From Macrostomum hystrix (lineage: Eukaryota; Animalia; Platyhelminthes), in the NCBI GenBank assembly GCA_950097015.1, contig CATNEN010000001.1, positions 19,158,001-19,222,000 of the forward strand: DNA of 64,000 nt, in the 5' to 3' direction. Below, in pieces: positions 61,114 through 64,000 of the stretch. Every line of letters begins with the position of its first letter. The first letter of the stretch is position 1. The notes under the pieces were generated by a model. It had not been told where the DNA came from and made no database searches. It worked only from the letters and a program-made list of their open reading frames with translations. Made by a program: the position numbers and the translations under genes.

Positions 61114-62772
61114 CTAAGCAAGGCTTCTCGTAGCGGCTGTAGGTTTCGTGGTAGCTCGAGCCCTCGTAGCGGCTGTAGCTCTCGTAGCGGCTGTAGCTCT
61201 CGTAGCGGCTGTAGCTCTCGTAGCGGCTGTAGCTCTCGTAGCGGCTGTAGCTCTCGTAGCGGCTGTAGCTCTCGTAGCGGCTGCAGTTCTCGTAGCGGCT
61301 GTAGCTCTCGTAGCGGCTGTAGCTCTCGTAGCGGCTGTAGCTCTCGTAGCGGCTGTAGCTCTCGTAGCGGCTATAGGTTTCATGGTAGCTCGAGCTCTCG
61401 TAGCGGCTGTAGCTCTCGTAGCGGCTGTAGCTCTCGTAGCGGCTGTAGCTCTCGTAGCGGCTGTAGGTTTCATGGTAGCTCGAGCCCTCGTAGCGGCTGT
61501 AGCTCTCGTAGCGGCTGTAGGTTTCGTGGTAGCTCGAGCTCTCGTAGCGGCTGTAGGTTTCGTGGTAGCTCGAGCCCTCGTAGCGGCTGTAGGTTTCGTG
61601 GTAGCTCGAGCTCTCGTAGCGGCTGTAGCTCTCGTAGCGGCTGTAGCTCTCGTAGCGGCTGTAGCTCTCGTAGCGGCTGTAGCTCTCGTAGCGGCTGTAG
61701 CTCTCGTAGCGGCTGTAGCTCTCGTAGCGGCTGCAGTTCTCGTAGCGGCTGTAGCTCTCGTAGCGGCTGTAGCTCTCGTAGCGGCTGTAGCTCTCGTAGC
61801 GGCTATAGGTTTCATGGTAGCTCGAGCTCTCGTAGCGGCTGTAGCTCTCGTAGCGGCTGTAGGTTTCATGGTAGCTCGAGCTCTCGTAGCGGCTGCAGTT
61901 CTCGTAGCGGCTGTAGCTCTCGTAGCGGCTGTAGCTCTCGTAGCGGCTGTAGGTTTCGTGGTAGCTCGAGCCCTCGTAGCGGCTGTAGGTTTCGTGGTAG
62001 CTCGAGCTCTCGTAGCGGCTGTAGCTCTCGTAGCGGCTGTAGCTCTCGTAGCGGCTGCAGTTCTCGTAGCGGCTGTAGCTCTCGTAGCGGCTGTAGCTCT
62101 CGTAGCGGCTGTAGCTCTCGTAGCGGCTGTAGCTCTCGTAGCGGCTATAGGTTTCATGGTAGCTCGAGCTCTCGTAGCGGCTGTAGGTTTCGTAGCGGCT
62201 CGAGCCCTCGTAGCGGCTGTAGCTCTCGATGCGGCTGTAGGTTTCGTAGCGGCTGTAGCTCTCGTAGCGGCTGTAGCTCTCGTAGCGGCTATAGGTTTCG
62301 TAGCGGCTGTAGCTCTCGTAGCGGCTGTAGCTCTCGTAGCGGCTATAGGTTTCGTAGCGGCTGTAGCTCTCGTAGCGGCTGTAGCTCTCGTAGCGGCTAT
62401 AGGTTTCGTAGTGGCTGTAGCTCTCGTAGCGGCTATAGGTTTCGTAGCGGCTGTAGCTCTCGTAGCGGCTGTAGCTCTCGTAGCGGCTATAGGTTTCGTA
62501 GCGGCTGTAGCTCTCGTAGCGGCTGTAGGTTTCGTAGTGGCTCGAGCCCTCGTAGCGGCTGTAGCTCTCGAGGCGGCTATAGGTTTCGTAGCGGCTGTAG
62601 CTCTCGTAGCGGCTGTAGCTCTCGTAGCGGCTGTAGCTCTCGAGGCGGCTATAGGTTTCGTAGCGGCTGTAGCTCTCGTAGCGGCTGCAGCTCCATCGAA
62701 TGCTTCAGGTCTGGCTGACGAGACCAGTAGGCTGACGACAAGCAGTGAAAGAGTGGCTGTTAGGAGGGCCAT
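61114..62772 (-). CDS. Secreted Ala/Thr/Arg-rich repeat protein (AATRAT)n, 552 aa, mucin/antifreeze-glycoprotein-like
   Basis: GCCTCC-like context TCCTCCATGG at the start; signal peptide MALLTATLSLLVVSLLVSSA; ~1.56 kb of 18-bp repeats with no stop or frameshift. Confidence 0.8.
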   Translation of the reverse strand: MALLTATLSLLVVSLLVSSARPEAFDGAAAATRATAATKPIAASRATAATRATAATRATAATKPIAASRATAATRARATTKPTAATRATAATKPIAATRATAATRATAATKPIAATRATATTKPIAATRATAATRATAATKPIAATRATAATRATAATKPIAATRATAATRATAATKPTAASRATAATRARAATKPTAATRARATMKPIAATRATAATRATAATRATAATRATAATRTAAATRATAATRATAATRARATTKPTAATRARATTKPTAATRATAATRATAATRTAAATRARATMKPTAATRATAATRARATMKPIAATRATAATRATAATRATAATRTAAATRATAATRATAATRATAATRATAATRATAATRATAATRARATTKPTAATRARATTKPTAATRARATTKPTAATRATAATRARATMKPTAATRATAATRATAATRATAATRARATMKPIAATRATAATRATAATRATAATRATAATRTAAATRATAATRATAATRATAATRATAATRATAATRATAATRARATTKPTAATRSLA

Positions 62773-63569
62773 GGAGGACTAGTCCAAGTTTGAGTATTCT
62801 ATAGTTCCAAAGACTTTCAGAAATTTTCCGATCAGCTTTGGATTAGATCTTGCTCGAGCGTTTTTATTAAAGGCGGAAAATTAGAAAGTGAAAAATCTTC
62901 ACGACTGGTTTCCACCAACATTAATCACAGAACAACTAACAGTCAGCAGAGGTCACAGGGCACCCCGTTACCATGCAGAAGGCGCGGTTGGACGTGCTCA
63001 CTGAGGCGAGGCCCACCGAGAATGAGAACGACATGAAACGGTTGGCAACCGGCCAGGCGACGAGGCGAAGCGAAGAACTGGGGAGGGTCTGGCGCAAGGC
63101 AACTTAATTAAACGCATCGAACCCAACTATCCCAGGTGGAAGGACAACTACTGCGAAGCACGCCATGCCCTGTGCCTCTATACAATTATGCAGCCGGAAA
63201 CTAAAATGGAGGCGGGACAATATAGATGGGAGAGCGGCGAGCGGCACTGAGCTCCGCCAGGATCATCTGCGACACCCAGGATGTGCTGACCTACGAAACG
63301 CCGAAGATAGTCCACGAGAATCTTGATGAGAACACCAAACTGAAGCTTCGCGGACTCTGCCCATTTGAATTTCTCTGAAATATACGGAACGACTTGAAAC
63401 ATTGACGTTTAAGTATATGTATTCAATTTTGTATTTTGCTCCTTTGGAAGCTGTTTCTAAAGCTGTAAATAACCGTTTGACAATAGAAATCACTTAGTGT
63501 ACAGTCTAGCGATGTACACACTGTACAGAGCATAGCGAAAGTTAAGTGAGCACGCCATGCACAACACAT

Positions 63570-63730
63570 CTGATACTTAGGTCCCTGAGCTCGAATCCGC
63601 GGCGAGGCTGCATTCAATTGGGACGCAGGCGTGGAGAGAAGGCTTGGTGGCTTATCGTACAATTTGCAACGACCAGATGATGTACCATGCAATGAGGGAC
63701 AACCCCGAAGGTGCAGTGAGACAAGTGCAC
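63570..63730 (+). mobile_element. SINE family B, 5'-truncated copy
   Basis: GGTCCCTGAGCTCGAATCCGCGGCGAGGC...GGAGAGAAGGCTTGGTGGCTT. Confidence 0.72.
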
Positions 63731-63950
63731 ACAATGTCTGAGAATAAAACTTAGGGCTGTTAATTTTTCTAACGATAAAACAAAATATTTTCAAAATAAT
63801 TTGTCCTTACACCTCTTGTATTGGGTCACTTAGCAAATGTAACTCCCGACTGCAATGTTGCACCCAACCAAGCTGCAAGTTTCGTGTCCTGTTTTTTTTC
63901 ATTTTTTGTTAGAAAGAAAAATTATTAATATTTTAAATCGGAAAACAATA

Positions 63951-64000
63951 TGGCGGAGTGGCCGAGCGGTTAACGCGTTTGCTTCTCGCACCAAGGTCCC
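63951..64000 (+). mobile_element. SINE family B head, cut by the window end
   Basis: GGCGGAGTGGCCGAGCGGTTAACGCGTTTGCTTCTCGCACCAAGGTCCC. Confidence 0.7.

Noticed and set aside
61148-62782. 544-aa Val/Ala-rich plus-strand ORF
   Set aside because: Antisense shadow of the AATRAT gene; starts at GTG inside the repeat and has no unique N-terminus.
62973-63378. Possible small plus-strand gene (MQKARLDVL...; WKDNYCEARHALCLY; IICDTQDVLTYETPKIVH)
   Set aside because: Coding-like composition, but the pieces need a non-canonical donor and a frameshift; no recognisable product.

Overview
Eukaryotic (animal) genomic DNA with spliceosomal introns. The GC-rich exons and intron-filling minisatellites suggest a flatworm such as Macrostomum, but this is inference only. 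The left half is a nest of mobile elements. A 27,951-bp element (4111-32061) has CA...TG imperfect TIRs and a 7-bp TSD (CCCGCAG). It encodes an apparently intact, spliced CxC-KDZ (Kyakuja-Dileera-Zisupton) transposase. Its cargo comprises two C2H2-like zinc-finger paralogues behind a duplicated non-coding module, unknown ORFs, several satellites, an array of truncated tRNA-like Pol III units, a SINE and a Merlin derivative. This element sits inside a ~2-kb non-autonomous Helitron, which also carries a hAT MITE and a PIF1-helicase remnant. Immediately to the left, a second copy of the same Helitron carries the right end of a second copy of the KDZ element, joined 7 bp away from the first site, which may indicate targeted insertion. 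The right half holds two multi-exon host genes on the minus strand (a tandem-CH-domain/ankyrin-repeat protein and a vinculin/alpha-catenin-family protein), whose introns carry private minisatellites and tRNA-derived SINEs. It also holds a single-ORF secreted (AATRAT)n protein resembling antifreeze glycoproteins or mucins. All calls are by eye; no database searches were run.
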